Counted from the first letter of the whole stretch, positions 49,207 through 62,092 are shown. The stretch: DNA of 63,568 bases, filler included, from Phoronis australis (GCA_002633005.1; 9 parts of 9 records of this genome joined end to end with filler, not necessarily neighbours in it), one strand, 5' to 3'. Notes: generated by a model not told the origin, from the sequence alone. Program-made: numbers and translations.

Positions 49207-50124
49207 ATGACCAGGTTGTAGTTCAAAACTCGTCAGCAATTGTTCACCTACTGGAAATCACTTTACTGCCTTGATCGGTAGCGGAAGAGTTGTTTATTCT
49301 GATGTAGTAGAAAGTTGTCACCAGCTGAACATATTTCAACTATTCTGTATTGTCCATTTCAAGACATCTTGTCTACAGCCATCTATCCTGCAGCAATTGT
49401 TCGTGAAGAGGAAGTCTCTCCAAGCACGTGCTCTCCAAGATCCTAGATTGGTAGCCACAGTCTCATGTTCAGAACCAACATGTAGCAGTCTCATACTGGA
49501 CAAATTTCAGCTCTTGTTCTGTATGGTTTTAGACAGTTGGTGTATAACAGTCAGCTGCACCATTGCGATTGTTTACACATTAGAAGTCTCCTCAACCATC
49601 CGTTTTTATCTAAATTGGTAGGCTAAGTCTTGCAGTCAAAGCAGCATTGAGTGTTCACAGACTGGACATGTTTCAACTGTTCTATAGTGTAAGATCCATG
49701 ACTACTCCCCAGTAGTGTACTGTAGACAATGCTTTCTGGAAGTGTTCTTAATTTTTTTTACTGTAAGGTCTTAGACCAGAAACCTGAGCCATGTTCATAG
49801 ACCAGTGACTTATGCAGGGTATGTGGGGAAGAGGGGCAAATGTCGTCTTACGCCCCCTGGCGAAAGCATTCCTAGCTATGTCACTGAGATTGGCATGTAC
49901 ATGCTGGCTGCACAGTGCAAGTCAAAACTATTCAGGCAAAGCGACCCACAATTCCCCATTACGACAGCTGAATTCATCATCACTGTAGTTTTCCCTCATG
50001 ACCCAGAATGTAGGAGAATTAACCNNNNNNNNNNNNNNNNNNNNNNNNNNNNNNNNNNNNNNNNNNNNTTAATTAATTAANNNNNNNNNNNNNNNNNNNN
50101 NNNNNNNNNNNNNNNNNNNNNNNN

Positions 50125-50242
50125 GACAGGTCCTTGAGGAGGTGAGTCTTTGACTATGCTGTGTGTAGACAGGTCCTTGAGGAGGTGAGTCTTTGCCTAT
50201 GCTGTGTGTAGACAGGTCCTTGAGGAGGTGAGTCTTTGCCTA
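50125..50242 (+). repeat. 43-bp tandem repeat (~2.7 copies) containing a probable DNTTIP1 exon end and splice donor
   Basis: Units at 50125, 50168 and 50211, each with (TGT A)GA CAG GTC CTT GAG GAG|GTGAGT (CRQVLEE). Confidence 0.8.
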
Positions 50243-51131
50243 ATGATCTTATGATGTCACTGTCTGGCTCTGTCTTATGAGATATAATTGTGTCCTTTGT
50301 CTTATGGTGCTATTGTGCATATGTCTTATGAAGTAATATTATATAGATACTGCCATCATAAAAATGAATTTTGATTTAGATCATTTGCTGTAATGAAATT
50401 GGTCTGAAATTGTTCCTTTTCAAATTTGAAGTGATTTCGGAGCTTTGACTTTGAAAGAACTGGTAGTGTGTTTTTGGTCGAGACAAAGCTGTACAAGTTG
50501 GCTTGTCATTTTATACTCTCAGCATGGTGTTATGAGTAATGTTCTGAAGATCTTTATGAACACAGAAATCACTTCTCGTCTGAGTAAGGAACAAAATTAG
50601 ACGTCCCAATTTTATGGCACAGAGTGGTGTACATCCAAAAATTCTCTTCCTATGTGAACGCAAGTTTATAGCCGTTTTAAGCATGATGACAAAACCACTT
50701 AATCACAAAATCAAATAATTACATTTCGTTTTAAATCTGTTCACACTTTATCCACACTTCTCAACTCATCCAGACGTGTGAATATCTTTCAATAGGAGCT
50801 TCCTTCAACTTAAAAATTGCTTTAAAAGTGCTATAAACTTACCTTTTGCATGAAAGTTAATATTTCATTTAGACCTCTTGCCTGCATTAAACTGATCTTA
50901 ATTTGTTCCATATTCATAAAGAATTTCGCATTTACCTGTTGAAGATTTCTGCCACTGCCTACCACTGTGTGATCACAAACTGGCATTTTCGGCAGGACAT
51001 ACTGTAATTTAAAACGGAAAATTTACTCCTTATTAATTGTATTGGTCATAATTATCAGATTGCTACAAGTAATGTAATTCAAAGTTTTAAGCTTCACCCC
51101 ATCAGATGAAGCCTGCTAACGACTATTTCAG

Positions 51132-51251
51132 GCCAAAAAGATGTACATATCAGAGACAAGGGCAAGAAGCATAACCCCACTAAGGGAGATACCTGACAAC
51201 ACATCTGATGCTGGGAGTACCCATGAGGGCCACCGAACCAGAATACCAAAG
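51132..51251 (+). CDS. DNTTIP1: DNTTIP1 exon (post-dimerisation-domain region)
   Basis: tttcag|AKKMYISETRARSITPLREIPDNTSDAGSTHEGHRTRIPK|gtgaga, phase 0/0 and open. Weak similarity; assigned mainly by position. Confidence 0.7.
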
Positions 51252-52152
51252 GTGAGACGAATAGAATTGGTTTGGTCTTCTTGACATTCGTTTTTTTGGG
51301 GGGGCATAGATATAAATTGTAATCGGACGTGTAGTGAAATGAAACTTCTTCTCATTGTTTTGAAAAGACAGACCTCATTGGCAGCATCTGACTATTGAAC
51401 AGAAAGATTTTTCTGTAGAAATGTTGAAGACTGTTTCTTTCAAACGTGAGTGTACTAATTTGAAATTCCTTCATAAAGGTGCACAAAGTCACGTAAGCAA
51501 GGTTTGAAATGTCATGATTTGCCAAATGATGAGTAAAAGAAACAAATACTGCATCATTTTTGATCGCCTCAGGTGGATTTTCCGTTTTTTGCCTAAGAAA
51601 AAAATATGACACCAGCACCTCGATTTAGCAGTGACCAGAACCAAATATGCTTTTTTGGCCTTAAGTTCATTCTGTTGCAGTAGTGCTATGGCCCAGTAGT
51701 CTGAAAGTGATATCACTGGAAAACATGTCTGAGTTGATGTACAAAACCATTGACTGGCAGAAAGAGATGGAGGCTCAAGCAATTATGCCTTAACAAAGAA
51801 AAGCTTATTGTGTTGTTTGATGTTAGGACTGCCATTCCGCTAACTGTAGAATATCTGCCACTACTTTGAAGTTCCTTTTAAGTCATGCCGTTCCGCTAAT
51901 GAAGTTATTAGACTAAGTTTTAAGGCATCAGTTGAGTGTAAGTTGAAAGTATTTGTCTCAGGTTAACTGATGTCCTTTTCTCACCTGAGATGCTTTTGAA
52001 TTCAAACTGTAATGTTGTGTTATACCATGAATTTCTGTGTCATTCTATACCCAGTTAACTGTTCAGCAGTATTGTCAACTTCAAGCCACTCTGTACTTCC
52101 ACTGTGTCTCTGAATCTAGTCTTTTGGGCTACGTGTGCTTTGCGAATTTCAG

Positions 52153-52308
52153 CTACCCTTTGGGCATCACTTGAAGCGAGGTTCAGACACTGACTCGGAA
52201 GCTGGTCAACCTTTGCATAAAAAGAAGAAGGGAAAATTCCTCTCTGGACGACGCACACCTTCAAAACCTAGCAAGATGGCTGAACCAATCAGAAAAGAGG
52301 GGCCTAAG
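52153..52308 (+). CDS. DNTTIP1: DNTTIP1 exon (basic/NLS region)
   Basis: tttcag|LPFGHHLKRGSDTDSEAGQPLHKKKKGKF...PIRKEGPK|gtaaaa. Confidence 0.85.
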
Positions 52309-52728
52309 GTAAAAGGTTTTTGGTGACGTTAATACATTGCAGCACTAGTTTCCTACGATTAGCATAAATTGTATCAAAATTTTAATTGTTTTATTTAGAA
52401 CCAGTAATTCACCTAAAAAATACAGTTGGATTTCTGGCTAAAATAGACAGGAAGACATTGTTCTCAGCATGGTTTGTGCTGTACTGCACAACTGATAAAA
52501 TAGCATTAATTGTCATGAACAAGCAGTCCCTCACCGTACCATATGTCACAACCCTCAGGGTTAACATACTTGTCTAGGAAGGTCTTGAAAAGTTCTTGAA
52601 TGTTGTGACCAGAATTCTGTACAAACGCTGTATTATGTTCACCTGAAAAATTTAGATTTTAGTGGTATTTATCATCTTAAGTAAAACGAACGACACTGGA
52701 TCTTGATGTCTTGTGTCTTTGTTTTCAG

Positions 52729-52787
52729 TGGAATCCAGACAGATTAACTCCAGAGACAATTTTTGTAATGGGTGCAAGGGCCAACAA
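52729..52787 (+). CDS. DNTTIP1: DNTTIP1 exon (DNA-binding domain start)
   Basis: tttcag|WNPDRLTPETIFVMGARAN(K)|gtgagt. Confidence 0.93.
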
Positions 52788-53685
52788 GTGAGTTTGTCTT
52801 CTTTTCCCTGTGCCTTCTTAGAAAAGGCACTTTTTAGAAGTAGTTTATAATTGTTAAGAATATTTTGCTTATTATTTCAAAATAAGTTTGTTGATCATTA
52901 TATTTTGAAATAGATGATGATTCTTGTTGTTTCAGCAGTTATAATTAATTTATTTATCCTGGATGAATTCAAAATACTTGATCACACTCGATGTAATTTT
53001 CATCCACATTTACGTAATTATGGTAAATTTAACAAGATTTATTTCAATCCTCATTTCTGCGCCCTTTTTCGACAATTTTAATTTTTTAAAACATTCGGGT
53101 GATTTTTTTAAAAAACAGTTCACAGATATTCACTTGCAAAGAAACACCCATGTTAAGATACTTATTTAGCTTGTTTCAAGAAGAATAAGGATTTGATTAA
53201 CATGTTTTTTGGTGTCAGCAATCATATAAAGTTAAGCATTATAAATGAGCTACAATTGCTTTGAATGAATGCAATTTTTTTGCCATAAATATTCTCAAAG
53301 CACGTGCCAACTGATAACACTGAACTTACATCTCACTATCGGAAATGCCTCGCGAAAAAACTCGAAAATACTCTTGACTTCATAACTTCTCAAGATATCG
53401 CCATGTATTGCAAGCGAAGTATGCGATCACATCAGCTTCACTCACTCAAGTCTTGTGACTACAGAATACAGTCAAGCTTTATACTGGCCTCTAAAATTTC
53501 AGTGATGTCGATGGATATTTACGAGCTGAAATTCGTCCCGCAATGCGTTTAAAAAGGACCATTGTTGCTGCATGTGATTAAGTTTTGCCATAGATGAACT
53601 TCGCCAAATTCATTTTCTCTGATTTAAAATGCTCTTGGTGTCATGTTGTGTGATTTTTTACATCTGATACTGTCTGTTGTTCCAG

Positions 53686-53746
53686 AGCCCTTGGACTCGG
53701 CGCGACTAGAGGAAGACTTTACATTAAACATCCTGAATTGTTTAAG
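53686..53746 (+). CDS. DNTTIP1: DNTTIP1 exon
   Basis: ttccag|ALGLGATRGRLYIKHPELFK|gtagga; phase is consistent with the flanking exons. Confidence 0.95.
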
Positions 53747-54198
53747 GTAGGATCATTGTGTTGTTGAAGGCTTTAGATTTACAGATCAGAGAACATGAGT
53801 GAAACATTTTGCTCCTGTTAATCAACTGTTGCATAAACGAGCACTGTTATCACCAACAGTTCACATGTCTGTGTCTTTGATTGTACAGTGCAGTCAACAG
53901 TGTGTTTATACTGACCTTGGATATGACCTGTCTCGTTTTGGTGTCGTTTGGTCACTTTTACGAGCACTTGGGTGTCATCACAGGAAAACTACTATCGACT
54001 GGTATTTCTTTGTTTTCTACTGATTTCAATTTAGAAGTAAAGAAGTTAGCTGCAATTCATATTTCAGAGGAAAATCCTCTACCTAACCACCAACATTTTG
54101 AGAAAAGGTTACAAGCATTGGTCGGGTGTGCATACTCTTTGTACTCTAGACATTTGAAAATACCAAATTGATTTTGAATGAACCGTTAATTATTGCAG

Positions 54199-54323
54199 TA
54201 TTCTGGAGACCAGGATGACAAACAGTGGCTCTATGAGAACCACAGGATGCCAGCGACTGGTGGAAAGGCCTACATGTTGATTGTTGAGGATATTAGAGAG
54301 CTGGCGGACACACCAGAGTACAG
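54199..54323 (+). CDS. DNTTIP1: DNTTIP1 exon
   Basis: ttgcag|YSGDQDDKQWLYENHRMPATGGKAYMLIVEDIRELADTPEY(R)|gtaaga. Confidence 0.95.
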
Positions 54324-54604
54324 GTAAGACAAACTGGCACGGTAGTTTCAAAAAAATGCGCATTGTGTATGCAATTCAAACAAAATTTTCTTAACAATAA
54401 GCGTGTGCAGACTGTTAGAACTCATTTGTCGCTTAAACTTGCGGCGTGTTTTCAGTTGAAAGTGGCTGTGTCGTATTACCCACCCAATCATGAATAACCC
54501 GTGCTAAGTGATGTACCTATTAGACACTTTTCTTACCCTAATCTCAGACCTCTTATTTTCTTCTTATCTAAGACTCACCCATTCAGGAATAACTCTGGTT
54601 TAAT

Positions 54605-55052
54605 CAAGGCTTGGAATTTTCCGCGGAAATGCGGATTTCTGCTTTTTTCAAATGTTCTGTCCGTGTATTTTATTGTATTTCCGCGTAAAAAAAAATCGGA
54701 TTTGATCTAAAATTTCCGCGGCCAATTTCTTTCTTACCGCGGCGTTGCCGACGACTTTCACCTTGAAAAGCGGAAGTTGCTCTTTATGTTTCGGAGGAAC
54801 GTAAATTGTCAACATTGCCGGGGCACCTGGGATAGTGTGGTGGATTTCTTCAATGGCGTCTCGTGTGATTGTAAATGGCGGTGACAAATACTACGACTCT
54901 GCAGCCAAAATTGTGTGGAGGTGGGAGTGGACGGACGAGCTAAAAAGACGCAGACGCACGCTTCTGGCGGTGATACCTTTTTTTTTGGTCCTCCCTATTT
55001 TTGTCGGCAAAAGGTCCACATCGACATTTTCAAGGCTGGGTACGTGCATGTT
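54605..55052. mobile_element. Copy of the 55160-55667 MITE family, opposite orientation, truncated at the contig end
   Basis: Starts CAAGGCTTGGAATTTTCCGCGG and shows reverse-complement similarity along its whole length. Confidence 0.85.
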
Positions 55053-55159
55053 NNNNNNNNNNNNNNNNNNNNNNNNNNNNNNNNNNNNNNNNNNNNTTAA
55101 TTAATTAANNNNNNNNNNNNNNNNNNNNNNNNNNNNNNNNNNNNNNNNNNNNGTGTGTA

Positions 55160-55667
55160 CAGGGCTTGGAATGACCCATGACAAAACAGTGGCTTTTTCA
55201 CGGCCCCAAACATGCGCGCACCCAGCTTTGAAAATGGGGGGGCTCTAATTTTTGTCGATGTGGACCTTTTGCCGACAAAACGTCGGGAGAACTAAAAAGG
55301 AAAAGAAGGTACTACCTCCAGAAGCGTGCGTCTTTTTAGCCCGTCCGTCCACTCCCACCTCCACACATTTTTGGCTGCAGAGTCGTAGAATTTGTCACCG
55401 CGATTTACAATCTGACGAGACACCATTGAAGAAAACCACGCTATCCCAGGTGCCCCGGCAATGATGACAATTTACGTTCTTCCGAAACATAAAGAGCAAC
55501 TTCCGCTTTTCGAGGTGAAAGTCGTCAACAACTCCGCGGTAAGAAATTTGACGCGGAAATTTTATATCAAATCCAGATTGTTTTTACGCAGAAATATAAT
55601 AACATACGTGGACAGAACATTTGAAAAAAGCGGAAATCCACGTTTCCGCGGAAAATTCCAAGCCCCG
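55160..55667. mobile_element. 508-bp hAT-like MITE with 5-bp TSD
   Basis: TIR C(A/G)GGGCTTGGAAT, with a perfect TSD GTGTA at 55155-55159 and 55668-55672. Confidence 0.9.
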
Positions 55668-56002
55668 GTGTAACACTGGTGTACAATGCACTGTATTGTC
55701 AGTCTGTGTAACACTGATGTACACTGCATTGTATTGTCATTCTCTGTTATCACTGATGTACACCATACTACATCGTCGGTCGGTGTAACAAAGTCCAAAA
55801 TGGCAGATTAGCCTAAGTACATTTTATCAAAACTGACGTCTGTCCAAGCTCATTCTGAACATTTCAACAAGTTCGGAAATTTGCGTTCATTCGCCTGTTT
55901 TTTTATTATTTTGGGTTTAATTAAATCATATTGTATACCAATGAAAAGCCCAGTCAATCTCCTTTCCAGCGATACCACATTCCGTCAATATATATATCTT
56001 TA

Positions 56003-56843
56003 GGGCTGTTCCAGCAAAATCTGTATGGGAGGGGGGGGAAGGCACTTTTATTTCGTACCCACCGCCCATATTTTTCATTTATTTCTCCAACCCATGACCC
56101 ATAATTTTTAATTATTTTTAATAGGTTAAAATATAAAATCCAACACTTGCAAACAAATTGTCTCCAGGAGGACCTGTTAAGAACTTAGATGATTGACAGA
56201 CAAGAACTAGTTGTCTTGCCCAATATTGTCAAAAACTGAAGTAGCCTGTGAGCAATACTTTTGGCAGCCACCAGNGTGTCTCTGTTCACCATGTGTCTAT
56301 AATTTCAATGAACATTTTTTTCAATTATAAGGATCTATGAATCTCAAACTGCCTCCACAAATTCTTTTATACTTCTATGTCAAGTGAATATTGGAACTTG
56401 TTTATCTTACTCTTCATACTTTTTATTTAAAAATCATCAATTTTCTTATATGTGTTAACACCAGTTTAGTGTTGCATAACTTTTCAATTCAGTAGGACTG
56501 CAGGCAAACAGTTAGCTCAAATCAAGTTGCCCATGACTTGATTAATGGCTTAGTGAACATATTGCACTCTGTTCACTGGCAATGTGGGCTTTTTTGTGTT
56601 GGGATAAGTTAGGATATATGCCAATTGCATTTTGTTGAGTTTCGATTTCTTTGGAGATGTGTTGGGCTGAAGTAACCAACCTGTCAACATTAACAGGTCA
56701 AAAAATACCACCCATTTTTAATGCATCACTTCTTACAGGAACGACCACCGATAATTTGAGTTTTTTCTGAAGACCACCACCCATGAGTTTTTATTTCTAC
56801 TGCCGTCCCCCCCCCTCCCACACGGATTTTACTGGAACAGCCC
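56003..56843. mobile_element. 841-bp PIF/Harbinger-type MITE (second copy)
   Basis: Same TIRs and internal sequence as 47081-47920, reverse orientation, with TTA/TCA flanks. Confidence 0.9.
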
Positions 56844-56883
56844 TCATACCTTTAAACTTGATATTTTTGGTGCATTTTTCCAG

Positions 56884-57098
56884 GAAAGCAGTGCTACATC
56901 GAGACCTAAAGACCTCCAATATACTGATAGACAAATACCATAACATACGCGTAGGAGATCTTGGCTTCTGTAAACTGTTGGCTAATGCAAAGTCATCAGC
57001 CACTGTAACACAGACAGTGAAGCATGATTATTCTGATCCGGATATTTTGGGTAGTAAGAAATATAAGCCGGCCCATGACCTGTATTCTGTTGGACTCG
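56884..57098 (+). CDS. Protein kinase exon (subdomains VIb-IX), divergent Ser/Thr or TKL-like
   Basis: ttccag|KAVLHRDLKTSNILID...VGDLGFCK...KHDYSDPDI...HDLYSVGL|gtaagt. Confidence 0.88.
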
Positions 57099-57571
57099 GT
57101 AAGTTGTTTACCGTACTTCATTTGTGTGATGGATGATTTTCTCGAGGAAGTGGTGAACCCCTTTAGCCCTGTAGTCAACAGCAAGACAAGTTCATTTTGT
57201 GCAAAATGTTAAGTTTGTCCTGTGGACATCTTCCATGTAATTGCCTGTTTGGCGTTGCCAGGGTTGAAATGAATCGCAACGTTTTTTTTTTTGGCTCACG
57301 GATTTGTTATATTTCAGGTATTTTTTCTCAGAAATGTATCAAGACTAATGTCAAAGGGATCCAGAAAAGTAATGTCTATATTACGTTTCTCAAAAGCAAC
57401 ATGCTATGAACATTCCCACTAAATAAGATTGGTCCTAACCCCAGTGGTTAAGGTAAACGGTGGGGTATGGANNNNNNNNNNNNNNNNNNNNNNNNNNNNN
57501 NNNNNNNNNNNNNNNTTAATTAATTAANNNNNNNNNNNNNNNNNNNNNNNNNNNNNNNNNNNNNNNNNNNN

Positions 57572-57976
57572 CCTCAAAAACACCACTTCCCTGCCGACAC
57601 GGCCAAAACCAACAATACATTCTCAAACGCAAATTTCCTACAGAAAATGTGGTCCAAAAGTACTGTCAAGCAACCGTTTTTTTTTGCAATTCTGGCTTGT
57701 TTGAGGGCTACCTAAAATCGCAGCCAATTTCTCAGTCGCTACCCAGCAGTGTACAAAATTGCAACCAGGGGCCGCCCTCTCGAAGAAGAGTGCAGCTACA
57801 GCCGAGAAAGTGGCCTTTTTTATTCACAGCATGTTCAAAAATACAAACAAACCAATTCACTGAGCCTACATGCAATGCCCACCAACAAAATGCCCCCAAA
57901 CTTGGCCTACTCTAAATTATTGGAATTTTGGGAGTGCAAAATTGCCCGCGGCCGCAGCCTAGCTATTCATTGCCAC
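57572..57976. mobile_element. Right part of the TIR element family also at 34224-35298
   Basis: Colinear similarity (gtggtccaaaagtactgtcaa; gaagagtgcagctacagccgagaaa; ttttgggagtgcaa...ctattca..gccacc). Confidence 0.8.
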
Positions 57977-58550
57977 CCATGTATAGGAAATCTACTCTGC
58001 CCAAGTTGACAGTCACACTGTGCTTCAGTCACGCAGGCGCAATACTCCACTTCGGCTGCAAAATGATGGGCAACTGTCACAGGTACGGACTTAAAGCAGG
58101 TAAAACATTCTCAACGAGTTATTAATATTCACAAGAGCTGTGTCGTTAATACATGGCATTTTAATTAATTTTAATTTAAAGGAAAATGTATACCGCTAAC
58201 ACGCCCCATTTTCAGCCTCTCACTAAAAACAGGTGTCTGTTGAATTGGCGTATTAATTTTCAAGTGAGGTATTTTCTACTTTTCCTATCCAAGACGCACA
58301 CAAGTTTAAGTATAAAACCATACTAAGATACATTTTTTCTTCCTCCTAATACCTTTTGTCCAACTTTGACAGAAGCACCATGTAAAATACAATGACGTGT
58401 GAGGACAGACTACCTAGTGTTTCTGATCATAGGTGCAAACACATGTTTCCTTATTTGGACCGGTTTTTAAAGCTTTCAGTTTTATGGTTCTGAAAAATTA
58501 CAAAATTGAAGCTTCTTTAATTTACAATTGAACATTCAAAATACATTTAT

Positions 58551-58834
58551 CAGGGGCGGATCCAGGATTCTGAGTAAGGGGGGGGGGCAAAATTTCGGCA
58601 GATGCGCACGCCCAGCCTAAATTGTGGGGAAGCAGAGGCCTCTAATGCGGACCTGTTGACTAAAAAGAAGGTCAACGGGGTTTGTTCAGTTTCTTCAGGA
58701 CCTATGCATTGTTTACTCACCCCCCCCATGAGCCAATGCTTGCGCGCACTCGAACTCCCAAATGGTATCTGGTCTGGTAGAATTTTATGGGGGGGGGGGC
58801 ATGACCCTCTTGGCCCCCCCTAAATCCGCCTCTG
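58551..58834. mobile_element. CAG-ended MITE with 5-bp TSD
   Basis: CAGGGGCGGATCCAGG ... TAAATCCGCCTCTG with flanks TTTAT/CTTAT. Ends are shared with 14912-15073. Confidence 0.8.
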
Positions 58835-60490
58835 CTTATCTATCGCTAGATTTTAACTGAAAACTTTCTTTCGTTTGTCCAACATTTTATGCATTTTCTT
58901 CTTAGAATCTGTAATTAAGGATTGAATTAATGGAATCCTACAAGTTTGCTATTTTTTGTTAAAATGCCTATTCATCGCCTACATGTTCACAGTGGTTGTT
59001 GAGTCNNNNNNNNNNNNNNNNNNNNNNNNNNNNNNNNNNNNNNNNNNNNTTAATTAATTAANNNNNNNNNNNNNNNNNNNNNNNNNNNNNNNNNNNNNNN
59101 NNNNNTGCAAGCTAAACCGTCTGTCGTTGACCAAGCCACGTTGATACGATCATGTGATCAGCGTTCTGGTAAAACACTTGTTAGCGATAGTGTGAATATA
59201 AACCAGATGACAGACTTCCCCTTGCACATACTTAAATTATAGTATATTCCAATAGCTTGTATTTAGACCCTATTCGCTTTTGGTGATCGATTGTGTTTGA
59301 TCAGAATATCAGTATTTTGCACGTTGACGTCTATCTATTATCTTGTAAGACGCCTACGAATTGTTAATTCCCGTTTTAAGCGTACGACCAGTCCTGGGAT
59401 AAAACATTCACCTGCCAAACTAGTTGAAGGAAAACTCGCTTCAACGAATAGCAAGACTTACGATTTAGGTTCCTTTTCAGTTTCTCAGCGTCGTTGACAC
59501 ACTTCTTTGTCACATCCTTCAGGTATTTTATAGCTTGAACGTTTACCCTAAGGTAAAACAAAGAGGTGCATATTTCACCAAGGGCGGTAAAAACGAGAAG
59601 TGCTATGTTTCTAGATCAGGCACGACAACGGCCAGCTACAATTGACCCTTTGTTTCTTTTTTGAATACTTTGACTCTTGTGTCTTAACTTGTCGGGTTTC
59701 AGGAATACAGATTAATATTGCTGTGATGAGATCCTGATTTTCACTAGCTAAGTAGTGGTTATACTCTGCGCAACGGTCTGTCGATAAGTACACATGGCTT
59801 ACGGGATGGATATTTAATAGCTTAAAGAAGTGTTTAATTTCTAGGGATTGCAAGGTATTTTTTGCATATCATGGATACGGCTTAGAACTTAAATCCGACG
59901 CTTCTGCCAGGAGCCGAATTTTGCTTCAGTGGCACTGTGCAGTCGGTCGTCAAGCCCAGCTGGAGTGCAGATGCGACACCGCTGTTAGAGTTCTAATGTT
60001 GACACACGCACAAATCTTGTACTTCAGCTACATACATGTACTTTCGTTTAGATATAGTCGATGGTTCTGAAGCTGTAGCGATGCAGGTAAACGTTCTGAA
60101 TTGTCCATAAGGTCTCACACGGACGCAAAACGGGTACGCATGACTAGAACGCGGGATGTAATCTTTCACCCGAAATCGAACTCGAAATTTTTTCTGGATT
60201 TCTCTGTCCTACATCCTCTTTATTTGTGCAACCCCAATATATTTGTCTACTGTTCGTTACTCAACCGAGTTATGAAACGAAAATGAAGCAGTAATTTGGG
60301 AAAGCGCCACAACTTTTCTGAGGTTTTATCTAGAACTCGTATACCATCACTTAACGAAATCTGGTCGTGATGATACTGACGTACCTATATTTTGTTAAGT
60401 TTTACCAAAAGACATGAACACGTGACCCACATAACAATTTCCTGGTGAAAAATGGAAATCGAATTTTGCAGTTTTCCACGTGAAGGAAAT

Positions 60491-60873
60491 ATAGACCAAT
60501 ACTGTAGTAAAACATGTTGTTTTATAGATATTTGTCTATGTTTAAAGACTTGCTGATAAGGTCCTTCCAAGCTTTGACGAAGCATATCGGTGTCACAAGA
60601 TCAAATAAGAGTACTTTGGCTTCAGTATCGAACCCTCCTGTAATGGAATGCCAATCCAGTAGCCATCGAACACGGAACGGAAATAGACCAATACTGTAGT
60701 AAACCATGTTGTTTTATAGATATTTGTCTATATTTAAAGACTTGCTGATAAGGTCCTTTCAAGCTTTGACGCAGCATATCGGTGTCACAAGATCGACTAA
60801 GAGTTCTTTGGCTTCAGTATCGAACCCTCCTGTAATGGAAGGCCAATCCAGTAGCCATCGAACACGGAACGGA
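60491..60873. repeat. 192-bp direct tandem duplication
   Basis: Copies start at 60491 and 60683 and differ by a few substitutions. Confidence 0.95.
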
Positions 60874-62092
60874 CTTATGCTACGTTCGCGTATATGAAGT
60901 CTGGAGGCACACAGTAAGTGGAGCTTGTTTTAGGCAGGCCCACAGTCGCCAAGGAGACACGCTAATTTTCGAAGCTGTAGTTTGTGTTTCGTAGGGGGTA
61001 ATAACTACAATTGAAAAGTATCCTAATGACCAACGAGGCTGCAACGAATAAGTCCGTCGCGTAAACGTTTCACGTTTTCTGAACAGAAATTTAGCCAAAT
61101 TCACTCCTTTGATTGTAAAATTGTATTGCCGATGCATTTTGAAATGTCAACGGCACAAACGCTATGTTACCTTTGCTGGGCCTTCAGCTCTCTCACATAG
61201 AGTAAAGCACTCTCGGACTCCATTTCAATACTAGTAGCAGTTGCAAAACTTTTCGACCAACTCTTTAAAACCCCGGAAACATCTATTTTGTGACGTTAAC
61301 CTTTGTTTCAGTAAACTGTAGCTACGTCACGACAATTGTCCTTAAGCTGACCTCATGAACCAAAAATCATTTCCCTACCCTCTCAAGCTCCATGTTAGCG
61401 GGTTCCAGATACGTGCACATGATTATTTATGNNNNNNNNNNNNNNNNNNNNNNNNNNNNNNNNNNNNNNNNNNNNTTAATTAATTAANNNNNNNNNNNNN
61501 NNNNNNNNNNNNNNNNNNNNNNNNNNNNNNNCCCCGCCAGTGGCTCGGAAACTGATCAGACATCACAAACATAAACCAGCCAAAGTTCAGTGGAAACTAA
61601 ACTTCCAGTCAAGAAAATACTATACCACTGAGCCAAAGTAATGTGCACCTGATTATGTTGGTGAATTAGCCGCGAAACTGCAAATCTACTTACTCGTTGG
61701 GGGCCGCGCAAATTCAGGTTCCGCTTTGGCCACAGCACCGTCAGGGCAGAAGTTGTACATTGACAATCATTATTTGAGTAATGTAAATGTATATAAAGAT
61801 TCCCCTAACACCTGGCCGTGGGATGGAAATCGAGTTGTTTCACAACAGTTTCTGCCAGCAAACACTAAATTAGCATGAGCTCACAGGCCTAGGTGTCCCG
61901 TCAATTAGTTTTATTACACCTAAAGCTGGTAACACAGTGATTTATTCATTGCTGGCTTCTCAAATCATTTGCACTCAGAACACTCCAAAGGCATTACAAA
62001 TTGCATCTAATGAGACAGACTTTGCTTCAGTTTTATTGGCTAGGATGAGAATAATTCATTTTGAAACAGAATGCTCAGTAATAAACACCAAC

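Noticed and set aside
54605-55667. Apparent ~1-kb hairpin or single large foldback element
   Set aside because: The arms lie on different contigs across a linker and are diverged, and the right copy has its own TIRs and TSD. They are two independent MITE copies.
60880-61137. LGYFSIV...TTASKI resembling kinase subdomains I-II
   Set aside because: No GxGxxG, HRD or DFG equivalents found downstream.
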